Shown here piece after piece: positions 17,217 through 33,147 of a stretch of DNA of 64,000 nucleotides. The stretch's first letter is position 1; every line of letters begins with the position of its first letter. This stretch comes from the human T2T-CHM13v2.0 reference genome, Homo sapiens. The notes under the pieces were generated by a model. That model worked only from the letters and a program-made list of their open reading frames with translations, made no database searches and was not told the DNA's origin. The DNA is taken from assembly GCF_009914755.1 (NCBI RefSeq), contig NC_060931.1, one strand, 5' to 3'. Made by a program: the position numbers and the translations under genes.

Positions 17217-17279
17217 GGGTTTGGGTTTGGGTTTGGGTTTGGGTTTGGATTTGGGTTTTGTTTTTGTTTTTGTTTTTTG
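17217..17279 (+). repeat. (GGGTTT)n grading into (GTTTTT)n; G-quadruplex motif
   Basis: Five consecutive GGG tracts with T3 loops at 17217-17243. Confidence 0.9.
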
Positions 17280-17299
17280 CACTTTGGTTCCCTCAGAAA

Positions 17300-18127
17300 C
17301 TTAGCAGGTTTATAGTCTAGTTGTGTCCAATAGATTTAAGTGCAAGGAGCTACAACAAATTTGCCTAAGTTTGAAGCCTGAGAATTGTTGGTGTTTGGCT
17401 TTTGTTTTGAACATTTTCATTAGCTTAAAGGCTGCTGCTTTGCAGGAATTTGAAATATCCTCTTGGGTGGTGCGACCATCCTTACTGTAGGCCAAGTTCT
17501 TCTTCTGCCAGACAACTTTTAATGGAAAGTGCTTAAGTAAGTCCAGGGTCACCAACCTCATTTTCTGTCAAGGCTGCCACTTCACAACTTGTAAGAGTTT
17601 CAATATGGCATACAGAAGCAATTGGCTTTTTCACCCTGCAAGCATTGGGAACTCGCAGTCAATCTAGATTGCTTGCTGAAAGTGGAGTGTATCTCAGTAA
17701 TGCTGTATTACTTTCCGTGTCTGCAAGCAGACTGGCTCACTCTAGTCTGAATTTATCCTTTTTTTGGTTGTTGAACTTGGTTGAAAATTACAATAATTAA
17801 CCATCATATTCCCACATTCTGAAAGGTCTCAACAATTTAAAAACTACATCCTATATTGAACTCCCAGTCTGTGATCTGGAATGGTCAAGCCACACTTTGA
17901 TCAAGTGTTCTGCTGCCACATAGCAAAGGCTTCCATATTGCAGCATGGAATGTCTGAGTCTCCAACAGTTGGTTGTAGCTTCTCCTTTCAGGCAACTTCA
18001 TGTTTTAGGTTCTGTTACTTGCAGTATCCTGCTTTCGGGAACCAAATTCTATCCTAATCAGTTATTGATTCATTCAGCTCTTAGTAACGGAAAACCAAAG
18101 CAGCAGTAGTTTAAACAGGTGAGGGTT

Positions 18128-18162
<35 letters not shown>

Positions 18163-18209
18163 CTTTCTTTCTTTCTTTCTTTTCTTTCTTTTCTTTCTTT
18201 TCTTTCTTT

Positions 18210-18244
<35 letters not shown>

Positions 18245-18274
18245 CTTTCTTTCTTTCTTTTCTTTCTTTTCTTT

Positions 18275-18313
<39 letters not shown>

Positions 18314-18720
18314 CTTTCTTTCTTTCTTTTTCTTTCTTTCTTTCTTTTCTTTCTTTCTTTCTTTTTTTCACTTAGCATGTCTGGAAGTTCATAGTCCAGG
18401 GCTAGTGCGGCTGCTCAAAGTTATCCTCAGTGGCCCAGGCTCCTTTTGTGTTCTCCATTTGCCATCTTTAAAGTGTACTTTTCAGTCTTGTGATTGTAAA
18501 ATGACTGCTGTAGCTTTTTCTTTCTAGGGAGAAGGGGAAAGGCAAAGGGATGTCACCTGCTTCTCTCCCTTTGAGAAAGCTTTCCCAAAAGTCCCACCTG
18601 CAACTTCTGCTTATATGTGAGTAACTTGTCACTGGTCATGTGGTCACCATTAGCCCATTCTGTGGATGGGATAAGTGTGCTCTGGATAGAAGTTGTGTTA
18701 GTCAGTCAGTAGTGTCTACA
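17300..18720 (-). mobile_element. MaLR remnant: MLT1K-like LTR (~18051-18720) plus adjoining MLT1 internal sequence (~17300-18050)
   Basis: Minus strand after the LTR reads agaatttggttcccgaaagcaggatactgcaagtaacagaacctaaaa, resembling the MLT-int 5' start; left boundary uncertain. Confidence 0.6.
18126..18368. repeat. ~240-bp pure polypyrimidine (TTTC/TTTTC)n tract
   Basis: Read directly; produces the K/E/R-rich and F/L/S-rich ORFs. Confidence 0.97.
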
Positions 18721-20017
18721 TGGCCACTGTGCCTGAGCCTGTCTGTGCTGACCTTTTATTTGAGCTCTCTTGGAAGTGCCTTCTCTCCTGACCAAGATCC
18801 AGCCTGATTGTATACAGATTAGTGGGTTCTTCCAACCTTTGGTTTAGTGGTGTAGAGCTCCCTGGCTCAGTCCCTGCAGTAAGCCTGCTGCTGCTCTCCT
18901 TCACTCTGAATCAGCATCATTTTCTCTACCCATTTTCTCCTGCTTCTGCTTTGTTCAGTCAGATCCTATTTATAGGAAGTTCCTTATCCAATGCCTTAAA
19001 CTACAGTATATTTACTCAAATGAACTCCGAAGATTTTACAGTGTGGTGAATCTCTCTAACCTCAAGCAAAATATTCCATGTAAATTTGAAAGGCATTTAA
19101 AAATGTATCAAGGCATATAAATGGATCTATATTCAAATTTCAATTCTAGTAGAGGAAATATGGAGGGTAAGAAAATCTCTTATCAGTTTTATCTAATCAT
19201 ATATAAATTCAGCATTGCCGAGAATGCCCTGATCTTTTTTTTTTTGCCCATTATTATTGTCATTCTGATGCTTGCACTTCCTTGTCCTTTAATTCCTGGG
19301 GCCGTGAATCTGTTCTATTAAAGCCCAAAGTCAACTGAAGGTGGAATTCAGAATTCAGAATTCAAGTTTCTCACCAAGAAGCAGTGGCAAGAAATGCATG
19401 AATGAACACAATAGGTTTTATTGAAGGAAAGAAGAGGAAGGAGTGTATTTATATCTTACGCCCTGCAGAAAACAGTTTAAAAATCGATTTTAAATAAAAA
19501 TCTCAGTAGTTCTGCCATGTAATCTTTCATTTTCCTATTAATAATCTGCTTTCATGCCCCCTCTTCTTCCTTTCTGTATTCTGCTCCCTGCCCTCCTTCA
19601 ACTCATACCTTTTGCCTTCTATTATACGGATCAATTCAGTTCTGATCTGACTGCCACCTGTAACATTGTGTACACAAACTCAGAAAGGCGCTCATCAAAG
19701 CAAAGCTCTGTACTTTCCTTAGAAGGCAGATAAGGTTGTTTATGGGGGAAAAAAGTTGTCTGTTACCATAAAATTCCATAGTTCTTAAAGTACCTTGTAA
19801 TCAGAACTATGAATGTATTTTGTGGAATTTGATCATTTCTAAATATATTGTTATATTATGAGTTTGAGAAGCATGCTAGTCTATGGACCATTTTGGCTAG
19901 ATCGTCATTGCAGACCAAGTTTTTTTTTTTTTTTTTTAAGATGGACCATAGTGGTAGATTAAGAGGTTAATGCTGCTTTGTTCCTTTGTATATATATATT
20001 TATACATCTTTATGCAT

Positions 20018-20408
20018 TGTGGCTGAGATCCTTTGCTGTCCTCTTTCCTAATAGGACTCTGACTATTCTTCACGGTTAGGTGTGGACTTTCCAGTAATTT
20101 CTCACCAGTGGAATGTTATCGAAGTGTTGTACAAAATTCATGACCAGTGTCTCTTTATCGCAGAATGGAATACAGACGTGATGTCTGGGGCTCCAGGATC
20201 CATCTTGGACCATGACTAGGGAGCATGTGCAGCAGCAATGGTAGAGGAGCAAGACAGAAGGACCCTGACAGCATAGGATGCCAAGGGAGCTCTTGGTTAC
20301 TTATATTCAAACTTCATTTATGTGAAAAGGAAATAAGCTTCTATCTTCCTTAACTGACTCTATTTTAGGCTTTTTGTAACATGCAGCAAAATCCATTTTT
20401 AACGACAC
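20018..20408 (+). mobile_element. MaLR LTR (MLT1J-like)
   Basis: ggaatacagacgtgatgtctggggctccagg...catcttggaccatga...gaaataagcttctatctt...ttttgtaacatgcagc. Confidence 0.6.
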
Positions 20409-22552
20409 GTGTACTTTTATTCCAAGGATTTGATATAATCAAAGAGCTGTTTACTAGACTGACCTCTAAAGTAGTATTCTCCAAAATGAGGTCAGTATAT
20501 ACTACAGTGTGTACAAGATGATCCAAGGGGAAATAGGAGGAAATATTAGAACATTTCCTTTTTAAAAAGTCTAATAATAATCTAATAAGAAAAAAATTAA
20601 GATTTATTCACATTAACAGATTGACTGTGGCACCTTGACTCTGTATGTGGAACAATTGTATATCCTAAGGGAAGGTCTAAAAATGGAGGATTCAGTGGTC
20701 ACAGACTAGATTCTCAGTCTATTTTTAGCATATTGCAATATTTAGCATGTTACTTGTGCTGGTTAAGAAGAGTTACAGATCACATTTTCTAAATTTAACT
20801 AAACTGACCTTTACAATGTGGCTAAATGACTATAAAATATTCTAGGAAAGAAACTGTAGATTGAAGATTATCCTAACACAAATGAACAGCAAGAAAGTGG
20901 CAGAGTAGACACTATTCTAAGTACAAGTTTTCTTTTTTGCTGTTATGAGGTGATTACACTGCCCCGGTTTTACCTCACAAAACATTATTATTTTCAGTGT
21001 AAGAAAAACAGTTCTGCTTAAAATGTTGCTTATTCCATCTTAATCTTTTCATTTATAATTTCTATTTCTGTGTCTGCTTATAGTGTGTATAATATGAGCA
21101 CAATAATAAATATATGTAATATATTAGTGGGGCAAGGTTTCTTTTTCTGATGGGGTGAATTAATTTTTTTTTAATTTGAAGAAGGTGAAAAGCTAAATCT
21201 CTATTTCTAAGCCCACCTTGTCTGAAAATTGAAAGGTGGAAGTGAGGGATAGGTCTCTTCCCTGTAGTTAAAGTCAGCCTGTTTCTGAACTGAAACTGCA
21301 AAAACTCCATGCACAGCTTGAAAAGAGATTATGATAAGCATGTTTTGTTTCTCTACTCTTCCAGTTTCCCAGCAGGTCTGGCCTAAGGTCCAGGAGGGAA
21401 GAAAATACAGAAACTAGGAATAATAAATAGTAGCAATAACTGGTACCATCCAATGAAACTTATCTTAATTCTTGAACCATCTCTCTTGGATCAGGCTTCC
21501 ATTACTCACAGTACTGACATTAGGCAATTAAGTCAGCTTATTTCAACTCATTGGCTATATGGGATTCATCGTTTGTCTGGACAATATTTTCTAAAGTTAA
21601 AATTGAGAAATTTAGGTCTAATGCCATTCTTAAACTCTTTCTGAAAAATACAGCTACTCTTTTAACCAAGAGCTAAGATTGTAGGCAATACATCTTCTAC
21701 TTCTGTTACCATGACAATAACTTCTTGGTATAAATTTCTTACAGTATAAGGCTAAGAATACTCATCAATGGAACTTCAGAAGTTTTGGACTGGACTAGCA
21801 CAAATGTCAGAAATGGCTATAGTTATGCTGAAACACAGTAAAATAACCTTTTCCAGAAAGGCATGAACACTCATTCTTTCTTTTTCCCTGAGAATGAGAC
21901 GTAAAGTAGAATCCAAGGTATAGGATATTCAGAGTGATTCACAGTGAAACCAATATGGATGAATTTTTCATCATCCTTTCCATACTTCCTATGTTGTTTT
22001 TGATGTTGACTAAATGGAGATGCCCATCTTGCTTCATGTTTCATGATTCAAAGTTTGTGTGTGGGGCTACCTTACCACTCACTTCCAAAGTTTCAGTCCT
22101 CAATCACGGTAACCTCAAAGTATTCTAAGCCTGAATTTAATCACATGGTTGTTGTGTAAGAGTGATGATGTGAAGATGAATTTAATCATGGCCATGTGGG
22201 AGGGAAGGATGGTCAATGTGGAAGTGGGCATGGCAGGGATCTGGGTGATAAAATGTGACTGCCTTTAGTATATTTATTATAAATGACCATTACAATCATG
22301 GTGAGTTTGTGGTCAAACTACCGATGCCCTATATAATAGATGACAGAACTGCCATAACATTTTGAGAAAGCCAGAAAGGTAGAGCTGAACAATGTGGCAG
22401 AAATGTTCTTTGGTCTGGACACTGCTCTTTGAACCAGTTGAAAATTTCCCTGCAATTGAAGAAATGGGCAAATGGAGAATCCAGTGGTGTTTTGTAATAA
22501 GGAGCAGCAACCACAATTTACAGGCTGTTATATGCTAAAAAATATGATTATT

Positions 22553-23465
22553 TCTATTTTAATAGGTTTATTGATGTATAATTTACATAACCATATAATT
22601 CACCCATTTAAAGTATACAGTTGAATGGCTTTTAGTATATTGATGGAGTTGTGCATTCAATACCACAAATCGAATTTACAATACTTTTATTATCCCCAAA
22701 AGAAACCCCGTGTCCCTTAGCTGAACCTCCCAATCCCTCATCCCCACAAGAGCTAGGCAACCACTAATTTTTCTGTCTATATATTTGCTTATTCTGGACA
22801 TTTCATATAAGTGAAGCAAACAATATATGGTCCCTTGTGGCTGGTTTCTTGGACTTAGCATAATGTTTCAAGGATCATCCATGTTGTAGCATGTGTCAGT
22901 ATTTCTTATTTATTATTATTTTTTTGCTGAAAAATGTTCCATTGTATGTATATACCACATTTTATTTATTCATCGGTTGATGGACATTTGGGTTGTTTCC
23001 ACTTTTTGACTATTATGAATAATAATAGTTGTTATGAACACTTCTCTACAAGTTTTTGTGTGGACATATGTTTTTGTTTCTCTTGAGTATACACCTAGGA
23101 ATAGAATTGTTGGATCACATGGTAACTGCATTTTTAAATTTTGAGGAACTGCCAGAGTGTCTTCCAAAGTGGATGTGCTATTTTACATTCCCATGAACAG
23201 TATATGAAGGTTCCAATTTTTCCATATCCTTGTCGACACTTGTTGTTATTTGATTTTTTTGTTATAACCATTCTCGTGGCTGAGAATGGTTTTTTTAGTG
23301 TAACCATCTCATTGTGGTTTTGATTTACACTTCCATAATGACTAATGATGTTGAACAGCTTTTCTTGTGCTTATTGGCCATTTGTATGTCTTATAAATCT
23401 TTTATCAGGTATATTATTTGCAAGAATTTTCACTCATTCTGTGGATTATCTTTTCAGTTTTTGAT
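22553..23465 (-). mobile_element. L1MB 3' fragment
   Basis: tttattgatgtataatttacataaccatataattcacccatttaaagtatacag...ttttgaggaactgccagagtgtcttccaaagtgg. Confidence 0.85.
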
Positions 23466-23514
23466 TGGTCCTGTAAAGGATGATTTCTATCTAAGAGCAT
23501 ATTTTGGGTAATAT

Positions 23515-24060
23515 CTGTACCTGAACTTCCCCAAAAGCAAAGCTGGAGACAAGGTTTATACACAAGGGGTTTTCTTGAAGTGATTTTAGAGAGCTAGAGT
23601 GAGGTACAGGGGGATTGAACCAGGGAAGACGGGAAAGACAAAAGGATAATGTGTAACTGAGGTGGCCACTGGCATGGGTGACTGGCATGTGATTATTTTT
23701 GGGACTTTCTGAGTAGTTTTATAAAACCTGTTTCAGAACTGTCCATCCGCAGCACAAAGGTGGGGGGAATATTTAACCATCAATCCTCATTCACTAACTT
23801 GTCAAGGATGGTTCCAAGGGCATTAAACTTCTGGGATGTGCATGATGAGTGCCAAACTGGTTTCTGATGGCGTCTTATGTGCATGTCAGAGGATCCCTGG
23901 GACAGGGAGCAAGAGGTGTGTTCTGTAGACCCCCAGGCAAAGTCTGTCCAGTGGCACCTACATTATGCAGGTGAAACCTCCATTGAGCTTGTCATTCAGT
24001 GGTGGCTGGAGTAACAGGTGGGACCAAGAGAATTTGAGGTGTAATACAAGAGATGTCCAT
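23515..24060 (-). mobile_element. Old ERVL LTR (LTR16/41-like)
   Basis: ttccccaaaagcaaagctggagacaaggttt...gaaggtg-type LTR text; degenerate. Confidence 0.5.
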
Positions 24061-25353
24061 TCTAATAGGCAACAGAAATCCTAGAAGTTTATGAAAAGGC
24101 CAGAAGTAACATGGTGAGGAAAATATTATTGAGTCCATTATAATTAAGATGAAGTAAATAGTATTGTGGATAATTTCTGGTAATAATATGGTTCATTGGA
24201 ATAGTAATTAGCAGTCAAGTGCTTTTGAAGACATCTCATTTAATCCTCACAATAACTCCAAGATGAGGAAATGGAGTCTGAACAATGATGAGATCTCTTG
24301 CTTAAGGCCACACAGTGAATTTTGCTGCTGTTCAATACTGAGTCAAAGCTTGGTGAGAGAAATATTGATGCTGTACTGTGTTTAGTAAACATACTCTACC
24401 CATTCTTCCAGGTCAAGAGTTTCAAACTCATGTGAGTACAGGGACCAAACAGGCAGAGTTAATGACTGTAGTGGGAAGACAGAGGACAATAGCCGGTCTT
24501 TAGTTCCCAATCATTGCTTCATGTGGGGCTAGAGCTACTAAATAAAAACAAACCCCGGTATTGAATCTTATTTGAAATTTCCCAGTTTAAATGTGGGGAA
24601 AACCCCCCAAAGCTCATGAACCAATGAAAGTACATCTATGGATCTATTTGCTGCCCATTTGTGACTTCCACTCTGGATACTTTAAGCCTCCATCAAAGGA
24701 CTGTGTACCTAAGGCATCACTTAATCTGTTCTGTAGAACTGGTTTTATGGCATTGTGCTTTTGGAACATTGTACTTTGACTTACACTGAGGTGTGTGAAG
24801 TACATGATAATAAACAAATTCTTACTTTTATTCTAAGGCTATTTAGAGAATATTGTTCACCACATTAATCCTCATTATAAAAACTTGATAGAAAAAATTT
24901 CTGCCTAAACTCAACACCAGTAATAGTTGCACTTCTCATGAAAAACTTTGTTTTAGTCTTATGGACCGTGTCAATCATGTGATGGACCATGGTTTTTCAT
25001 GTGCCTTCTAGAAAGCTCAGAGCCGCATTTGTGGCCTATAATAAAGTATTAAGATGATTGCTTATTATTTGGGTACTGATCTTATAGTGGTTTTATTTTA
25101 TTTCCTGCTCGTATATTATCTTTACTCCACTTACTTTTTCTTGAAAATACACACACACACACGATATAAATGATACATCTAGGAAGTGTTAGAAGGTTAG
25201 AATCTGAGTTTAAACCCGGAACTTCAATTCTAAGTCCAGTCTTCTCTCCTTTTATGACACAATTTACTCTTGTCTGCAGTCTCTGAAACTATGAGTAGTT
25301 AGATTGGAAGGTATGTGTAGTTGTTTCAGTTCAGTGCAATTTATTTTCTTTTT

Positions 25354-25643
25354 ATTATTATTATTTATTTATTTTTCTTTTTTCTTTTTATTTTTTGTTA
25401 TTATACTTTAAGTTCTAGGGTACATGTGCACAACGTGCAAGTTTGTTACATATGTATACATGTGCCATGCATTCTGAGCAAACTATCGCAAGGACAGAAA
25501 ACCAAACACTGCATGTTCTCACTCACAGGTGGGAATTGAACAATGAGAACACTTGGACACAGGGTGGGGAACATCACACACCGGGGCCTATCATGGGGTG
25601 GGGGGAGGGTGGAGGGATAGCATTAGGAGATATGCCTAATGTA
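25354..25643 (-). mobile_element. Short L1PA (PA4/5-like) 3' end with a 5' inversion (twin priming)
   Basis: Antisense tail and 3' end to ~25469, then sense L1 3'UTR ~25470-25646; TSD aatttattttcttttt at 25338-25353 and 25644-25659. Confidence 0.9.
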
Positions 25644-26469
25644 AATTTATTTTCTTTTTCAAAAAACAGACTTCTTGGTGTGAGTGTATGTGTATACCCC
25701 GCACCCATGGGTTGCTGTGGAGTTTCAAAAGGGGCTGAGGGGTTGCTTAAAATTGATAACCTTGTTAACATAGCCAGAGTAGGGCTGCAAAAAAATGGGC
25801 TCTGAGCTTAAAAAAATTAACATCTTTCTTCTTTCAATTTCAGGCCATTTTTATTTGGCTAGAAATTGTATTTATGAGAAAGTGCTGAAGCATGTGTGTA
25901 TGTACTAGATTCAGATGTATATTCTCTGTTTACTTGGAACCAGAGGTAATGCTTAGGGGAAGGCAAGCTAAAAATGGCCAGGGCAACTTGTGCAGCTGAA
26001 ATAAAGCAAAGCACATGTTCTGCTCACCTATTATTCAGTGAGGTCATTAAAGAAGTTTGGGACACCATAATTCTTACTCTCACATACTTCTTCAGTCCTA
26101 AAGTTTTTGAAATCTCATTGCACAGCTTCAAAGGCGCACCAAAATTGTCCCTGCCTAGCCCATTATTGTATTATTAACTCATCATCCAAAACCCATTCAA
26201 TTTCTTATTCTCTTTTACCTTCGGGCATTTAATTATATCTAAAACTATAAGGCTATGAAAGCTTTTCAGGGGTCATTAGTTTAGCCTTCTGCTACCAGGC
26301 AAAAGTATATTTTTTAGCATTTCCAGAACAGTAGATTTTATAACCTCCTTTGGAAACACCTTTTGGCATTTAATTGGTTCTTGCCTTCTACTTAGCTTGC
26401 ATCCCTCCAGCCGTATCTTGAGCACAGTTTTTTCTATGTGAGCAAGAAAAAAAAAATCAATGATCTACA

Positions 26470-26641
26470 TCAGTGCTTCTAAAGTCTTGCATTAGAATAA
26501 CCTGAGGTTCTTGTTAGGATGCAGATTCCTAGGGCACCAGCTGCAGAATTGTAGATTAGAAAGATCTTGGGTAGGACCAAGGAATCTGTAATGTTCTCAA
26601 GCACTGGAGGAGGTGGCTTTTCCATACTTGCAGAAGCACTG
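26470..26641. mobile_element. MER5-type hAT element
   Basis: cagtgcttct...gcagattcctaggg...caaggaatctg...agaagcactg terminal inverted repeats. Confidence 0.75.
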
Positions 26642-27059
26642 CTCTATACCTTAGACCAGTGAGCTCCAGAATTTAGAACAGGATTTGCTAAGTTTAATAT
26701 ACTTGCCTAGCCTTCCTTCTGAATAATCACACTTCACAGATCTGAAATTGGACCTTGGAATTCATAGAAACATTCCTGGTAATAATGTTTACCAATGTCT
26801 GAGATCAATAGCATGAAGTCATCTCTAATCTTCTCCATAAATTTCAAGTTATTTAATTCCTCTTTGCTTGAAGTCAACACTTTAATGTCTTAATTGTTGT
26901 ATCTAGTATGTAAAAGGTATTCACACAATATTAAACAATGTATAAAACATGTATATAATATAATTCTTTCCATGCTGGAGCAAATTTTCTTATATATACT
27001 AAAAAAAGCTATGTTGTTCACTTACGTGGGTAATTTTGTGCAATAAATTAAAAATGAAA

Positions 27060-29960
<2,901 letters not shown>

Positions 29961-32589
29961 CTAAAAGGTTTGTCTTATAGGGATTTGGGTCTGTTTTTGA
30001 AATCTATTCTGTCCCTCATGACACTTCCTTTTCTCGAGTGATTTAACATTTTTAGTTTGAGCTGGGCTACTTTTCCCGCATAGGAGTTCCTTGAATCCCT
30101 AATTGTGAAAATATTTCTAGAGAAGTTTTAGGATACTTCTGCAAGAGCCTTAATGTTTTCAATGGTTGTAAATAGATCTATCTTAATGTATTCTCTTTAG
30201 GACCCTTACCCTGTGATTAGTGTAGATTGAGACCCTGAGTGCCCTAGATTTGATGTCTCATGAGTTTCTTTTTATCCTCCCTGAGAGCCTCGGACAGATG
30301 GAAAACTTTCTCATCCTTTCCCCAGGCTTTTCTAATTCTTTTTTTGTGGAAGCGACAGCTCTTCAACACTCACATGTGTTATGCAGGGGGCTCAGTTTCA
30401 GCTGCTTTGCTTATTGCAGGCTGAGGTCAATTCTTTTCCTGTGGGAGTGTTCAAGCGCTGAATGTGCTTGTGTGCCTTGGGCCTATGTCTTCTCTTAAGA
30501 ATCTGAACATTGACAAAGCTAGACTGTCCAGACAAAAATTAAAATGGATAAGGCCGTAAAACCCATAAATATCAGAAAAGAATAATCATGGGAGCATGGA
30601 GAAATTTCTTCTTATAGGAAAACATTAGAGACATAGACTACAGTAAATTTTTCCAAGTGAATGCCCCAGGGTTTTTGTCAATTTGTGCCCTTGCTTTAAG
30701 TAAAAGTTGTTATGGTCTGCATTTTCATCTCTCACCTTCATCCCTTTTCGTGTCAGAAGTTAATTATCCCAGTCTATGTAATTATTACCAGCACACAGAG
30801 TCTCAGCCTGCAAGAGGTTCAGAATTACATATGGGCTTTTAGCAATTTACACAGTATGGGCTTTGAGCCAATTTGAGAAACACTGAAAGCCATTATCATC
30901 TATCTGTAAAATGCCTTGCCCTGTGTTTGCTGCCCTGAGAACAGTGAGCTACAAGAAAGCCACAAAATACTGGTAAAATAATCTGACATGCAGTTCTGGG
31001 CTTTTTGTGTACCCCTATTTTCTAGCTGCACATCCATTGTGTGATTATTGTGTGCTATATTTTTCTTTTTAGGAAGTCAGGAAAGTTTTTCTTTAGTTCT
31101 AGAGAATCACTATCTTACTCCAGCTGCCCTTTTCCTTCAGAGTATTTCTTTGCCATAATCCAATCTTCCCAGCAGACAATTTGATTTTATTCAAAGTCCA
31201 TGAGTGTCGCATCCATATTGGCTGGAGTAGTCATTGCCGAGTGATGTTAAAGTTTTGTTTTTTTCTCTTTGAGTTCAGGGATTAAAGGTTTGGATTTCAT
31301 CCAACAGTTGACTTTCTTGAATGTTCTTTCTCTTCTTTCCCTACCCTACTGTAATCTTAGTACTTTCCTACTTTCCCTCTAGTCGGTTTTCATACTCAAA
31401 AGTCATCCAAGCCTTTGGAAATACCTTTTTTTCCCTAGCCTTTATAGTCTTTGGTAGAATGCTTCCATCTTTTATATGAACTGCTGTTGGGCCATGAATA
31501 AAAGTCTCTTAAATTATTTAAGTCTCTTGACAGTGATAAAAGATAACTTTACACCATCTTTTCACTAGGTAAAAAACAACTGCACTATGCGTTTTTAGAA
31601 AATAAACAGTATCACACACCAATCAACAAAGCACTACTGGAAACCTTCAACTTATGATTGACTGGAATAATGAGAGGAGGCTGGGTTTTTGCTGCAATTT
31701 CAGACCTCATCATTCCTTACTGTACTCAACTATGCATTTGGCTATAAACCTTAGGAATAAACCATACACCTGATTGTTATGGTATGGAAAGGAACAAGTT
31801 AGTTACTCCTGCCTCAAGAATTCTTTGCCTAGAGCAGATGAGCCAAGTCTGTGGCTAGACATAGTGTAAACTGAGATTTGCCACTGGACTCAGAAAACTG
31901 TCTTTGGTGTTTCTAAGTTAACACTGTTTTCTCTTAAGAGACATCTCCCATGGAACGGGGCCTCAGATGCAGAGAAACTGTTAAGAAATGAGTGTCTTCC
32001 TTTTTAATGATAGGAATTCCAATTTGCACTGTAAGTGACTGCAAAAACAATTTTGTGGGGGCTCTGGACCCTCACTGGGGATGTATTTGGGGGAGAATGT
32101 GATGAGGATGGCAAAGTGGTTGCTCATGGCTCCCTGGGCTGCTTACACTGATGTGCTGATTTAATTCAAGGATGTGCTGAAAAGATGCTTCTCTGCTTAG
32201 AGCACAGATTCTGAGAGAAGCACCCTTGCAGTCAATAAGAATGAGGAGATACTAGTTTTGAACCACGAACATTTATTTTTCACTAGAGGTTTTCTCAAAG
32301 TTTGATAATTAGATTGATGTGGTTGGGCTTAAACCACGGTTCTCTCTCTTTCAAGGCCGATTGAGGAAAATGGTCTACTTGGTTGATGAGAACATTACAG
32401 GGTGTGAGTTTACTGACACAGTGGGTCCACATGTTATTTCAGAAGAGATAGGCACTGTGGCTGGGCTGTGGGATAGCAGATAATTGTCCACGAGTAGGGG
32501 CAGTTAAGCAGGAAGAGACTTTAAACACTCACTTGCCCCATCTGCTCTATCTTTTGGAGAGCTGTGGGATAATTTGCTAGGCAGTTATA

Positions 32590-33147
32590 GGATATAGAAC
32601 TAGAAATACCATTTGACCCATCAATCCCATTACTAGGTATATACCCAAAGGATTATAAATCATGCTACTTATTATAAAGACACATGCACATATATGTTTA
32701 TTGTGGTGCTATTCACAATAGCAAAGACTTGGAACCAACCCAAATGTCCATCAATGATAGACTGGATTAAGAAAATGTGGCACATATACTCCATGGAATA
32801 CTATGCAGCCATAAAAAAGGATGAGTTCATGTCCTTTTCAGGGACATGGATGAAGCTGGAAGCAATCATTCTCAGCAAACTATCACAAGATCAGAAAACC
32901 AAACACCACATGTTCTCACTCATAAGTGGGAGTTGAACAGTGAGAACACATGGACACAGGGAGGCGAACATCACACACTGGGGCCTGTTTGGGTAGGGGG
33001 CTAGGGGACGGATAATGTTAGGAGAAATGCCTAATGTAGGTGATGGATTGATGGGTGCAGCAAACCACCATGGCACGTGTATACCTATGTAACGAAACTG
33101 CATGTTCTGCACAAGTAACCCAGAACTTAAAGTATAATAAAAAAAAT
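32590..33147 (+). mobile_element. L1PA (PA8-like) 3' fragment: ORF2 C-terminus and 3'UTR
   Basis: Translates as WNQPKCPSMIDWIKKMWHIYSMEYYAAIKKDEFMSF; ends aacttaaagtataataaaaaaaa. Confidence 0.93.

Noticed and set aside
17310-17561. 83-aa ORF as a possible exon or pseudogene
   Set aside because: No protein similarity recognised; appears to lie in MaLR internal sequence
18070-18394. K/E/R-rich and F/L/S-rich ORFs
   Set aside because: Translations of (TTTC)n
19344-19364. (GAATTCA)3 as a heat-shock element or cloning scar
   Set aside because: Spacing does not fit nGAAnnTTCn; simple 7-bp tandem repeat
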